From Lingula anatina (taxonomy: Eukaryota > Animalia > Brachiopoda), in NCBI GenBank assembly GCA_051362555.1, contig CM120644.1, positions 16,638,534 through 16,702,533 on the forward strand: 64,000 bases of DNA, read 5' to 3'. The position numbers and the translations under genes were made by a program. The notes beneath the pieces are model-generated. The model saw nothing but the letters and a program-made list of their open reading frames with translations. It ran no database searches and had not been told where the DNA came from. Of the stretch, positions 1-12,968 are shown one piece after another; positions within the stretch are counted from its first letter, which is position 1, and every line of letters starts with the position of its first letter.

Positions 1-381
1 ACCTGATTCATTGTTTAAGGATATACTGGAAAGCACTCAGCATGAAATAGTATTGAGTTATCAGTGTTAACTCTCATATAACAGCCCTACTGATCCCTGT
101 GACCACGGAATGACCAACCATCTGTGACCTCTGGTATAGATCAGTATAATGAATGAAAGCCATTTGACAAAAGCCATAACCTGTTATGTACCCTCAAGGC
201 CATATAATATAATATAAATGGCAGTGTTCACAACTGAGCTTACTTAGAGCAGATAAGCCAGTAGCCTTATTGTGTATTTCTGGAGGGAAGTTAATGCTCA
301 TTCCCATTGAAACCATTGTAGATTGATTGACCTCTGCTCTCTCTTGCTGAATGCAATCAGATTAACTGATTGACACTCCTC

Positions 382-557
382 CAGGCCCGTAGCCAGCAGT
401 TTCAAAAGGGGGGTTCGTTTTCTGAAAAAGTGGACCTTTCCCCATAAAAACATCATGTATCTAGATCAAATTTTACCCAGAGTGGACCCTTTTTCAGCAA
501 AAAGGGCGGTTCTTTCGAACCCCCCGAACCCCCCCCCCCCCCCTGGCTACGGGCCTG
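382..557. mobile_element. MITE with CAGGCCCGTAGCCAG TIRs
   Basis: Perfect 15-bp TIRs; 6-bp TSD CTCCTC at 376-381 and 558-563; related copies at 59931-60092 and about 15492-15650. Confidence 0.85.
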
Positions 558-1099
558 CTCCTCCTAACCTTACACAGAGCAGTTAAGATATTGTCAATAG
601 CCATGTTATATATTTCTGGTCATAATTTAGTCTTATTGTGAACAGGGCCATAGATATATGATTCTTGCTTTTTCTGTCAGCTTGAAGAACCTGTGTGGTT
701 CCTGTGAATCTTTTTGATGTGAAACAGGAAATCTTTGAAGTCAGAGATCGTGATATTTCTTGGAAATTATGAGAATAGATGCGTACCTCGGATACCTCAG
801 GCTTCCTCTGAGCCCTTTCACTTTTACCAGGGTTTTATGAGTCGGATTATCCTTTTCCTAGGAAGTCTTAAAGGTGAAAATGTTCTTCTTGGAAAAAAAG
901 ATAAGCTTTTGAATGGGTATTTTTGTGAGAATTGTGTGAAGTAGGATTTATTAAGGTGATAAATCAGTCAGGTCAGATCGGTTGATGTAAGATGAAAAAA
1001 AAATTGTGAGTAGAATTATGTTTGTCACAATTGAAATTCTGGTTCAAGGTTAAGGTGACACATTTTACTGGCAAAAAGCTATTGTATTTGCACAGTAAT

Positions 1100-1374
1100 A
1101 TTTAAATTATTGTTTTTCTTTTTATCAAGAGCTTATAAAATATGTAGGTTTTACCTCCAATATTTCTGTGGCTGTAAGTCACCATCATCAGGGAGTAAAT
1201 GACTAGGGTCATTTCACCTGGAATGAAAATCCAGGTCAATTGCCCCTAATCACTGGCCTTGTGGACCCTAGTCATTTACTCCCTGATGATGGTGACTGAC
1301 AGTCACAGAAATATTGGAGGTAAAACCTACATATTTTATAAGCTCTTGATAAAAAGAAAAACAATAATTTAAAT
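1100..1374. repeat. Long near-perfect inverted repeat (foldback)
   Basis: Arms 1100-1210 and 1264-1374 (111 bp, 2 mismatches seen), 53-bp loop. Confidence 0.9.
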
Positions 1375-2015
1375 TGATACATACAGAGCTACTGAAACTC
1401 TTCTCACAGTAATATTAGTTTCGTTTTTCACTTATTCTACTATAAGGACCAGTGTCAACACATATTGTACATTCATTGGTAACATAGGTCCCAAAATGCC
1501 TTTTCAAGGCCAAGATCAGAGTATCTGCCAATACTGACTTTGGCGCCATCTTTTCCTGTTATTAGCATCCAAAAAGGATTCCATTTATCTGATCTCAAAT
1601 TTTCCTACAACTGATGTTAGTTTAGATGTATAAGTATATCATTTCTTACCAATCTCAAGACTTTCTTTTATCTGAAATGTATGAAGCGGATCTATTTGCT
1701 TACTCAAGGTACTGGTGATTTATGTTTTCTGGGAGTGTTTGTATGTGTTGAATGAGAGAGTTTTCATAATCTGTTTTACCTGCGGAATCAGTTTACACAA
1801 GTTTGGTGTGGAAAGGTCAATGTGTTATTTTCTTAGTGAGGAAGGAGAGCTTCCTCCAAGGAAGATGATCTTTCTTGTTTTCTATGAAAATGTTTCATTT
1901 TCTGGAACTATTAGGATTGAAAGTCAGTGAATGAAGGCTAAGACGGGTTAAGATGGATTGCACTCGGTTTATTTCTCTTGTCGCAGAAGTAACCGGTGGA
2001 TCCAATTGCTGTTTG

Positions 2016-2349
2016 TCTGTTGGGGTTCAGCTAATATAGTCGTACAATGCAATAACAACACAACACAACACAATAACAATATAGAACAATAACAATACAA
2101 TACAATAACAATACAATAAAGCAAATATAGTGAGAGAGAATCTGCTGGGGTTCAGCTAATATAGTCATACAACACAACAACACAACACAACATAACACAA
2201 AACAATACAGGACAATAACAATACAATACAATAACAATATAATAAAGAAAATATAGTGAGAGAGAATCTGTTGGGGTTCAGCTAATATAGTCATGCAATG
2301 CAATGAAATAACAATACAATAACAATAACAATACAATAAAGACAATACA
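2016..2349. repeat. Tandem repeat of about 125 bp with an internal (CAATA/CAACA)n core
   Basis: tctg(t/c)tggggttcagctaatatagtc recurs at 2016, 2141 and 2267. Confidence 0.85.
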
Positions 2350-5300
2350 TAGGGTCATACAGTATAATAAGAAGGGTTGGTGATTTACGGTTAGACAGTC
2401 ATGTGGGCTTCTTATTTGTTTGTGGCATTTTCCATGCAAACTTGATAGCTTTGTCTTCTGAATATGAAGGTATGATTTATTATGTCTCACTATTCTTGAT
2501 GATTCAAAAAATCACTGTTTAAGTCCCCTAAAAGTAAATTTATGACTTAATTCTGTGTTTAAGTGACTTTTACCAAGTCATTATACTGTTCTGAAGTTAC
2601 TGAAATTATGATATTTTTTTTCAATTTTTGACTGAAAGAGTACCTTTGAAGTTTAAATGCAGTGACCCATTCAATGGAATATGTAAACTTAGTAATAAAA
2701 GACAAATAACTGCAATATCATCTTTGACCCGGCGGGGGAAAAAACTCATTTTTTATTTCAAATGGGAGATAAATTTTATGGTAGAAGAAAATTTCTTCTG
2801 TCACCCTTTGACCCAGAAAAAAATGAGACATTTGACAATTTAGAGAAAGAGATACTTATGTTTAACATAGAATTAGCAAGAAAGCAACTTTCTGGGCTGG
2901 TTTAGCAGAGAACTTCTTGGACTATTTTTACTTCTTCATTTATTCATTTATTCAACCCTTATAGCCTATTTGTCGGAGTATGGCGCCCTTGGAAGCAAAG
3001 GGCAAAAATATCTCTCCATCTTGGTTCTTAGAGTTTCCAAATCTGTCAGTTGGGCTCATAGCAGATATGTTGAAATTAAATTCATCATATGATTTTAAAA
3101 AAGATTGTATTAAAATATGGCATCCACAAAACTGAAGCATTTAATTTGGCTAAAAAGTCTGGCTCATTAGGTAAAACAAACTTCGCAAGAGTTCACTTTT
3201 CTTCACTTGACCTCACTAACTCATTGGGCAACATTTTGGCAGCCTGACAGCTGAGATTGCCGTTAACTCGCCATCGGTTACTAAGCAACAGTTTCTCCTG
3301 GCGAGCAGTTAGGAGTTTTTTTCATTGACCTCAGTCATCACCCAGCATCAGTTTTCCCCGTCTGGTAGGGTTACCGTGGGGCCTGACCTCACCTTGGACC
3401 AGCGCTGACTGGGAAATGGTTAAAGAACGCCATGTCATGAGCGATTACTCAAATTAAGCATCATGAGGAAGATCATGTGAAACAATTCATCTTGGCCTCG
3501 CTTCAAGGCCCACCTCTCAGAGCAAGGCTAGCTGTAGGTTTTAACAGGGCAGTGTGAGCTGGTTGGCTCAGAGATCCTTAGAACCAGTTATAAGGTAGGA
3601 GGAGCTGTTTTTTTTTCGTGCCTTGAGGGAGAAGAGATTAGTACTTCATACATGTAGTACTGGTAGTAGTTGTAGTTAGTAGACGTGTAAACTTACTTTA
3701 TTACTTTCGTTGAAGTGAGGTATGATTGTCTGTGACTAAGTAGTTTTTACTTCGTGAAGAAGGTAACAAGAAGAGATTGGTGCTTGTTACAAGTGTAATG
3801 CGGTACTTTCAAGATGTCAGTTTGTGGGATGATCATAGGTTTTTTTTCCTTACCTGGTACTGCAAAATTGATTTCAATGACGTGGTGATACGTGAGTTAA
3901 GTTGGTTGCTAAATCAAAACAAAAATATATTGGACAGAGATTTTTATAAGCGTAATGTCCTTTGGTTAAAGTTTAAGTTAAGGTTTTAGTTAATCTAATT
4001 ATGCTTTATGAAACATCTACATGTACCCACATTTTTGTCATGCCATACAGAAGTTTTAACCAAGCTGCCAGAGGTAAATTTGAAGGATGTAAATAGTGGA
4101 CCCATCCCATATAAACTGAAGTTTGGCATAAGGTTTAGAGTATCACTTGTTTATTTCACTCTTCATCCTTACAGGCAGGAGCTTTTAAGTCCACAAACAG
4201 TTAATTGAGAAAATTTTTGTGAAATTACTACCATATTAAAGCCAAAGTTGGTGTTTATAATCAGATGTTGAGGCATGCAGTGACATCTCCACCTGAATGA
4301 ATTTTACTGAAAAGAAGTGCTATCAACAACATCTTGTCAATGTTACTAGAATTGGAGATATACTGAACTTCCTTTAGATCATAATGCTAAGTAAAGAGCT
4401 TGTTTAGTGAAAACCATTTTTCCAGTATGTCATAATCAGGAAATAGGTATATCCTAAACTAAGCATTGTAGCTCAAAATAAATATTGGTAACTTCTTTCA
4501 TACGTTGCACAGTTTCAGTCACATGATTGTGTCGAGTCTCTTTAATCCTCCCTCTGAGGCGGTACAAAAGCCAAAGGTGGGTCGCCATTTGTGACGGTTC
4601 TGGTACAGGCACCTCATTGTCGTGTGGTTAATTCAGTGGTTTTTATTCCGCGGGGAGGAATTTGACTCTGGTTTGCAGCTGGGCCACGTTGAATGTGGTC
4701 TGTGTTGATGAGATATGAAGGAGAAGAGAGGACAGGAGCAGCCATAGGGTTACACTGGCTGGGATAGGTGTCAGGGGGCTGGTCTCACTAAAGCACTATT
4801 GACTGAAAATTGGTCTCAAGTTAGGGACTTAAATTTTTAGATTATTTTACTCAAATAGTATCCATAGTTATTCTCTAAAATGTATTTTAAAGAGAAATAT
4901 TTCGAATTTGGGAAATGTTCTAGGCTTTGATATTGAGTACTCTATTTTAATGGACAACTGCAAATTTATATTCAGCTGAATAAGGCCCAAAAGTTTCAGT
5001 CTTAAGTTTTCTTGTGTAAACAGTCCCAAGGCTGGCGTTAAAAGAAAGGCAGTGATTGGAACTGAAGTTCAAACTGGTTTGGGCAACTTTGCTCCATGTC
5101 AGTGTCCTTAATCCCTTGGTATAGTAGAGAGGTAGAGATTGGTGTCATATTAACACTTGAGAGTCTGACAGTGGGTGACTTTTGAAAAGTATAGGATTTA
5201 AATTTATGGTAATACTGATGTACACACACGCACGCATGCAGGAATATGCACACTGGACTTCTATAACAACAATTATGGGAAAATTCCACTTTTGGTCAAA

Positions 5301-6682
5301 TCCAGGCTAGTCACCATGTCACCTCTTCTCTGTGACACATTCTCAAAAGTCTGCAGTCATGATTACCCTTTCCGCAAGCAGTCAAACTGGTTTCAGTGTC
5401 ATCTACTTGACCTGGTGCATTGTCCTTGTGTTGTAAAATGTATGATTATTCCATATTTGCAGCCTCATTTGAACCATTTGCAGCCTGTAAATATTTTTCT
5501 GTAAAGTTATTATTATCATTATGTATAATTTAGGATTATCCTTGGAACTTCAAAATTAAAAAACTCGCTGCTAAAGATGATTATCTGCATCTGAAAAAAA
5601 TAAATACACACAATTTGTCCAGGTTATCGTTGACTTAGTTGAAGTTGGGAGGTATAGTAATGGCTAGGAGTAAAACAGGAAATATGCTGGCCTAAGAGTG
5701 ACTTGTGCTAGTCCAAGTAACGCAGCTTAATCAAGTTCTCGTCGAGTCAGATCTGAGCATGAGCAGCCCCTTTGATATACATGAGAACAATTTTTGTCCT
5801 GTGTGAAATACATGAGAACAAAAAAAGCCCAAACCCTTTTGAAGTTTGATTGCACCATTGCATGGCAGAAGACAATGTCCTATGCCAGTGACACACAATT
5901 AACTCAAGATGTATGGGACACCTTTGTCTGTGATGTTAATGGCTTTCTAAACTTGCTGACCGTTGATGGCCTTGCTTTGATGCAAGGGGCTGGCCGAGTT
6001 GGTCAGTGGTTGGACCACTATGTTTTGTGTGGTCATTCAGGTGTTCTTATGATGGCTGACTATGGATAGGAGAAGAAGATATTTGTATTCAAGTGCTCTC
6101 TCCCCCCCTTCCTCTTCCACCTGTTGTCTATATCGCCCTGAGTATGTGAACAAATCTTTGCCTAAAACTGTTCGACATTTCTCAAACTCTTGCTGCAGCT
6201 TATATACATATCAGTTGGTTGATAGCAAGTGTATCCTTGCATTTCTAATACTGAAAATAACTTTTTTCTCAAATGTTAAGGTGTAATGCCATATTTTATG
6301 AAACCTTTTTGAAAATTGGCCCAGAAAATCTATTTCTCAAACTCTAATTCTTGGTTATAAGTTGATAGGAACCTAATATTGCTAATACTGAAAATAACTT
6401 TTCCCATTAGTTGTCTAGCTCTATTTTATAGTTTTGAAACTTAAGGTGCAAACATTTGTATTGTCATTTACTTTACTGTGAAATTCAGGGTGACCATATT
6501 ATATTTAGGACTATATCTTGGAATCCTAATAAAAAAGAGAAAAACAAATCAAAGGTCAATTATTAGCCATCAGAGATTAAAGTGTTTGGGGATGGAAAGT
6601 GAAGCCAAACACAGAAAACATTTACAATATATCCAAGTGAATGCCAGCTTGTCTGTTCCAGGAAACTAAATACTTCATCCAA

Positions 6683-6887
6683 GGTGCTTTCAGAACCAGT
6701 TGATTCAGGGACTAACTAGTCTGCAGATCAAATATGGCGCCTCCCACTCGAAAGTGTGTCTAGATTTTGAATTATTCTGCCCCTGCTGGGGTGATGGGCT
6801 TGATAGGCGGAAATTCATTATCAAGTGCCCACCATATTTGATCCATGGACTAGTTAGTCTGCGTATTAACTGGTTGTGAATGCGGCC
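6683..6887. mobile_element. Diverged copy of the GGCC/TTA MITE
   Basis: ggactaactagtc...caaatatggc...ccatatttga...ggactagttagtc...gaatgcggcc. Confidence 0.7.
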
Positions 6888-7526
6888 TAAGTCTCTGGTA
6901 TTACTTTATCTCACAGCTTTTTGTGGATATACTCGCTGGGTAAGTGTCCGTTTGCCAAGTTCAGTTTAAGGCAATATTAAGATAGTATTCACAGTGTGAA
7001 AGATCAATATAACAGTACAATTAAAATGGATTATCGTAGTGGACAGTCTGGGGTGTTTGTGGGCATGTTTCCATTTGGCTGCACGTGCATGTGTATGTGC
7101 GTGTGTGTATGATGCCAAATCATTTCAAAATTGAAATATAAATAAAGATTTTATTTCATGTTTATTGATATTAATACAGCAAGGTCTTGTGTTTACAAGT
7201 GGAAACATGCTGTGTTGTTTGTTTGTACACCCAGTATAGCTCTGTCAAATAGCAGCTTACTTTGGATAATGATTATGTACTGCAACACAGACTATTGTGG
7301 TGATAAAATTCATGCAAAAAATAATACATAAAATGTGAGAGGAATTGGAAGTTAAGCTATAGAGACAAATAAATTCATACCAGGAATCACACAGGCTTGG
7401 AATAGAGGTCTTGTGAATGACCAGTGTGTGTGACCCCCCACCCCCACCCCCCTTTACCCACCCCCCTCTTACTCCACTACAAGCAGATTCTACCCAGACA
7501 AGCTTGCTGATTTTCTGTTGATTGTC

Positions 7527-7648
7527 TGCCTCAGGTCTAAGTTAGTCCAGATGTGATCATGCCTTCACCTTGCCAGCTATCTGTGTGATTTTTGCCTCAG
7601 GTCTAAATTAGTCCTGATGTGAATGTCCCTTCACACTGCCATCTATCC
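7527..7648. repeat. Tandem duplication of about 66 bp
   Basis: tgcctcaggtctaa.ttagtcc.gatgtga occurs twice. Confidence 0.75.
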
Positions 7649-8096
7649 TAAATTTGTGACATTCTCACCAAATTGGTCTGATTTCCCTTCATCTTTATTT
7701 TAACCTGTACCCATTTTTAGGGTCAAGTCCCAATAATTCATCCATAATTGCTGGTGTTGTGGCAATAGTCATTGTGGGGTTAATCGGTGTGGAAGAATGG
7801 AAATTCATTCATGTGGTTTAATTTAACACTAGAGCCTCAGTTTAGCTGGTGCTGACTGTGGAAAAGGGAGAGATTTTGTGTGAGGGGGAAGTATTCAGAC
7901 AGCTGGTGCATTCACACTTAGCCAAAAAAAGAGGAGTTGTTGTTTTCTGATGCCAGTGGTTGGGTATTGTATTCAAATAGGTACATGCACAGCAGGAGTC
8001 TACTTCAGTAACTTAAAGTCTATTTCTGCTTGCTCGCTGCTGATCTGCCAACCATGGTGATATTGTATAGACTGATGGTGTCTGAAAAAGAAGTCA

Positions 8097-8127
<31 letters not shown>

Positions 8128-8416
8128 GCCTGTATGAATGTGTCTTATCACTGAAAGGACTCTGAGGACAGACAGTGATTACATGTATTGGCCTCACTTT
8201 GGGCTTAAGTATATTGACAAGCTGAGAAACAGGATGGAGGGCTGGTACATGAATGACCTGTGAGATTTTGTTCCTTTGAACTGTCTGTCTGTTAGTGTAT
8301 TTTTTTTTAATTCTTTATGTTAGTGAGTGATAGTGTGTATTCATATTTTTGATATAGGGAACTTCTGACACATTTGTTAGAGTGCATGATTCTGCTTACC
8401 AGAATATGCATACTGG

Positions 8417-8531
<115 letters not shown>

Positions 8532-9364
8532 GACATACATACTGTATTTCTAAAGACACCCTCTCAAGGTTTCTAAATAAAGACCAGTTAAAAGCAGAAA
8601 AATCAGACCTAGCTGCTGTGACAGGGGTGGGGGGAGTCTGTAACCGGCCGCACTAGAGGAGGGTCAATTGAATAAAGGCCTGCTACGCTGAGAGCTGTTT
8701 TGTTGTTCCTGGTCTTGTTAGAGGTGCTTGTGACACACACACAAATAAGCTTTATGTATCACTCCTGACAACAGTTACTTATAATCTGTAATTGATTCAG
8801 TTCTACTTAATATGCTATTATTTAACAGGCTCATAACTCTGAGGACTTGGCCATATTTGACAATACACGATAATACAGATGCCTGCTGGAGTATTGAAGC
8901 TTTCTCAGTTAGTTTCTCCCCTATTAGACTATTGACTGACTAATCTATATATAGACCAAGACAGATAAAATTGCAAAAAGCGTAATGTTCTTGCCGTCCA
9001 GAATCCAGATGGGACGACTGTGAATTACCAGTGCAGAGAATCATGGTATATATATATATCTGCATCATTACGTCATATGTACATGTAACCTTATGGCTAT
9101 CAGCATTTCAATAGTGCTGCTGTATCATTGAATGACTATAGCAGATTCGTATTGGAATGTCATGGTTGGTGTGTAGTAACAACACTGGTGGAGCCAGGAT
9201 ATGAAGAATTGCATGGGGGAAGGGCAGGGGAGGGAGGGGGCTGGCATTATTTCTTGATAGGTCTTTTTGGCTGTGATTTATAGTGGTGAAGTTCTGAGGC
9301 TCTTCGCAACATGAAGTGCTTGAAACTTGGTTCAGCAGGCTCAGATAACAAATTTTCTATCAGA

Positions 9365-9550
9365 GGTCGTATTCAGAATAGTGGACTAACTTAGTTGGTG
9401 GATCAGTTATGGCAACTCACTTAAAAGCTTGTCGTCTAATCCTCTAACAGACGCTGAATAGATTTCCTCTGGGGATTACCCAACAAGCATTCAAGTGAGT
9501 CGGCCATATTTGATGCATGGACTAGTTAGTCTCCTGTCGTGAATGCGGCC
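9365..9550. mobile_element. Diverged copy of the GGCC/TTA MITE
   Basis: attcagaatagtggactaac...ggactagttagtc...gaatgcggcc. Confidence 0.7.
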
Positions 9551-9616
9551 ACATCCAAGAATCTGTAATCAAGAAACTGCTTAAATTAACTCTCCCAACT
9601 TTTTGTATCATTCCAG

Positions 9617-9771
9617 ACATATAACCGACAGAATATGCCATCAGCTAGCTCCAACTCAAGTAACCAATCCACAGGAAGCAACTCAATGGAAAGTTTAAGC
9701 AAAACCAACCTGTACATACGTGGCCTCACCCCCACCACCACAGATAAAGACCTCGTCAACCTCTGTCAGCA
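9617..9771 (+). CDS. shep: RBMS/shep coding exon 1 in window (Ser/Asn-rich linker and start of RRM1)
   Basis: ttccag acceptor, gtaagt donor; translates [51 protein letters not shown], matching the RBMS/shep [11 protein letters not shown] motif; upstream exon(s) not identified. Confidence 0.93.
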
Positions 9772-10564
9772 GTAAGTACGGGTTGAGGCGTGAATTTTAA
9801 TGCACGTGTGCACGCACATGCTTGTAGTAGTAGTTGTAGTAGTGGTTGATTTATCGTGCTTTGAATGCTAGAGAAAACTGATGTGAAATGTTGAACTGTA
9901 ACTCTGTGGTGCATTTGCTATGGGCCTGCGGCCTTTTTCAATTAAATAAACTACTACTACTAGTATGCATGCACATGCACAGTAATAAGAACGTGGAGAT
10001 AGAAGTTTATATGGTGCTCTATGTCAAAGTACACAACATTCAAATAGAGATGGTGATTCTACAGACTGTGTTGGAGGAGGATTCCCTGCATTATTTCAAA
10101 TTATGCTCTCTTGAAAAGGTTTTATTTCTCCACAGAATATGTCAACACAGGATAACAATTTTCTATAAATTCACACAATTTGATTTGATCGAGCACCAAT
10201 CTGTGTGTCCACTGTTAAATGTTAAAAATACCCGTTATAGGAAATTAGATGTCATATGGAGACAGAAGTTTATACAACGTGGCTTGTCCCACCATGTGTC
10301 GCATAGCATTAGCATATTTAATGCGAGGGATGGTGCTATTTAGCATATGTGTGGACACGAATAACAAGAGGACCAACAGCATATGTGTATATGAGGGAAA
10401 GCTGCTGCCATGTGCTGGGTTGATTAACTTTGCATTGTCAAAGCAAGAGTGAAATTTCATTCTTTATTATCTTCAGCACCTCTCTCCCTTTTTCTGCCTC
10501 CTGTCTTGGCAGTAATGCCTGGAAAATGTTTGGAAATATCCTAATGTAAAATTTTAGATATGCA

Positions 10565-10569
<5 letters not shown>

Positions 10570-10621
<52 letters not shown>

Positions 10622-10672
10622 GCCTTCAGTTACATTTGATGCACACACACACAGCTTTCAGTTATATTTGAT
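10570..10672. repeat. (CT)n(CA)n microsatellite followed by a duplication of about 32 bp
   Basis: Direct reading; cacacacagc.ttcagtta.atttgat occurs twice. Confidence 0.9.
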
Positions 10673-11454
10673 AAAACATTTTGAGAATATGAAAAACAGA
10701 TAACTAACAAGTGATCAACCTCAGCGTGGCACACTGACCTCTGAGAACGCATTGATTTCCTATAAACAACTCGGCAGGAATTTTTCTCCTACTGTTGAAT
10801 GTGATTACCATAGATTTTGAACTTAGAAGGGAAACACATGCAATCGCCAGGGATGTGTCATGGGGTTTTCTTGTTGAAAGCAGATTGAAAGGTGTAACAG
10901 AAATGTTTGTCAGGTTCTTTTAATATTTTATTTTTATTTTTTCAAAGTCAGATCCACTAGGTACTGCTATGAGATTATTATCGTAATCAGATAATCAGTG
11001 TTCACTAAATGAAAAAAAAAATGGCTGATAAACCATAAAACATATCAGAATCATTGAGCCGAGATAGATTATCTTCAACATGTAGCTGTAGTATGAGCTG
11101 AGGTATTTATTTATGGGGTGGTCCACCACTGGATATAGCATGAATATCAGTCAAGGATAGTAATCATCACACTTGGTTCTGTCCAATATGAAAAATGCAT
11201 TTTTTTACCTATCAAAACTCTAAATCAGAAATTGGCTTTGATACTAAAACCATATGTTTGCTAGGCAGGGTGGTCTTTCGTTTCCTCTCCAGACAAGGTG
11301 AACAAAATTTGTAAGGTTAGATTTGATATTGGAACATTATGACTATTTACTTGTCAAAACCCAAAATATGCGGGGTATTCTGTTACAGCAAAGCTGTAGG
11401 TAGGGCTATCTATATATAATGGGTGGTCCTTTCATAGGTATCCCTCAAATATTA

Positions 11455-11629
11455 GGCCCCATTCAGAATAGGGGACAAACTAGTCCGAGGGTCAAATATG
11501 GCCGACCCACTTGAATACTTCCCCACAGGATATCTCTTCAGTGTCTATTAGCGGATTGGACGGCAAGCTTTGTTGTGGGTCGCCATATTTGACCCTAGGA
11601 CTAGTTAGTCCGCTGTTCTGAATGGGGCC
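11455..11629. mobile_element. Palindromic PIF/Harbinger-type MITE (GGCC termini, TTA TSD)
   Basis: ggccccattcagaa...ttctgaatggggcc flanked by TTA on both sides; family copies at about 6683-6887, about 9365-9550 and 38897-39072. Confidence 0.85.
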
Positions 11630-11679
11630 TTAGAGGGTCAGAGAATATGGTCATGGTTTAAATAATTACAGAGAACTAA

Positions 11680-12157
11680 GGGTACATTCACAATAAAACT
11701 GTTGTACTAGGCAAATCAAACTCACTCCACTAGGGGTGGTTGGTGCATTCCCAGAGATTTAGATCGATCCAGAGATTTAGATTTAGATCGACCTAACTCC
11801 CTCTGCTAAATTGCAGTTAGCCGAGCGCGCACCACAGTTCATTACCCCCTTACAGCTTTTAGTAGGTGGGACAGATGCTTAAGCCGGCTAAGCTGACAGT
11901 AATCTAGTGAGACTCCCCACAGGGATAGATCGACAATCTAAAATCTATGGGAATGGGGTCTAGGACTCTCGTTGAATGCAGACGGATTAACAGATGAACA
12001 TACCTCCTATTGTTTTCAACGTACTTGTGTAATCAAACACTTTTCTGTGTTCTACTTAATGCCAGAACAAAGCATGTTAATCTTATTGCATTCAGCGAGT
12101 GACCCTGTGAAGTAAGCGCATACTAGCTAGTACGATGTTTCCATTGTGAATGCACCC
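11680..12157. mobile_element. GGGT(A/G)CATTCACA-TIR MITE with a nested second MITE (11734-11960)
   Basis: Outer TIRs gggtacattcacaat/attgtgaatgcaccc; uninterrupted copy at 24075-24328; inner element flanked by TAG, with fragments at 53210-53417. Confidence 0.75.
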
Positions 12158-12797
12158 TAGGTTCCCCTATCAGCTTTGATATATGTTATGGATGATGCAA
12201 TCTTGGACAGCCTACAGATTTGAGTGGGTTATTTAGAGAAAACACCCTGGGATTAACAGATAAGTCGAAACTAAACTCCACTATCAGCACATGTCTAGGG
12301 ATTGCAGGTTATTCCCACTGATTCCTTCTGAATCTCGGGGTGTGATTTCCGAATTCATATTTGAACCTTTGCAAATTTGAAGTAGACTCAAAATTGAGTT
12401 CAAAAAGTTGAGACAAGCTTACAGTCGAAAGGTCTTATGTGAAACAGGGCCCGTGGGCTTGAAAAAAATATGTAAAAAAAAAAAAAGATATCCCACATTT
12501 TAATACCATGTAATTTAATGAACTCAGTACTTGCATTTATTGCTGTGGTAGGCTGAAAAAGTGCTGTTATACCTCGAAGGTGTTGATGATCTTAACCATT
12601 AAAACACAGAACAGCAGCCGTTAACAGTGATCTTCCTGAAAATGAATCTGGGATGAGGAGTAATTATAATGGAACTAACACCTTGGACTCCCTTCCTGGG
12701 CAATTAACTCTCGCCTTTCAATCAGTTTTCCAGGTAGACGGGCGTGTGCTACCTGGGGTTCATAGTTGTGGTCTGTGATTTATTTTGAGGAAGGGAG

Positions 12798-12801
<4 letters not shown>

Positions 12802-12850
<49 letters not shown>

Positions 12851-12968
12851 GGAGGGAGAGAGAAGGGGGAGGGAGGGAGAGAGAGAGAGAATGTGGAGAC
12901 AGAGAGCAAGAGAGAAGGTGAGAGGGGAGGCAGCAAGAGAAAGAGAGAGAAAAAGATGAAAAAAGAAG
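12802..12968. repeat. (GA)n microsatellite and polypurine tract
   Basis: Direct reading. Confidence 0.92.
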
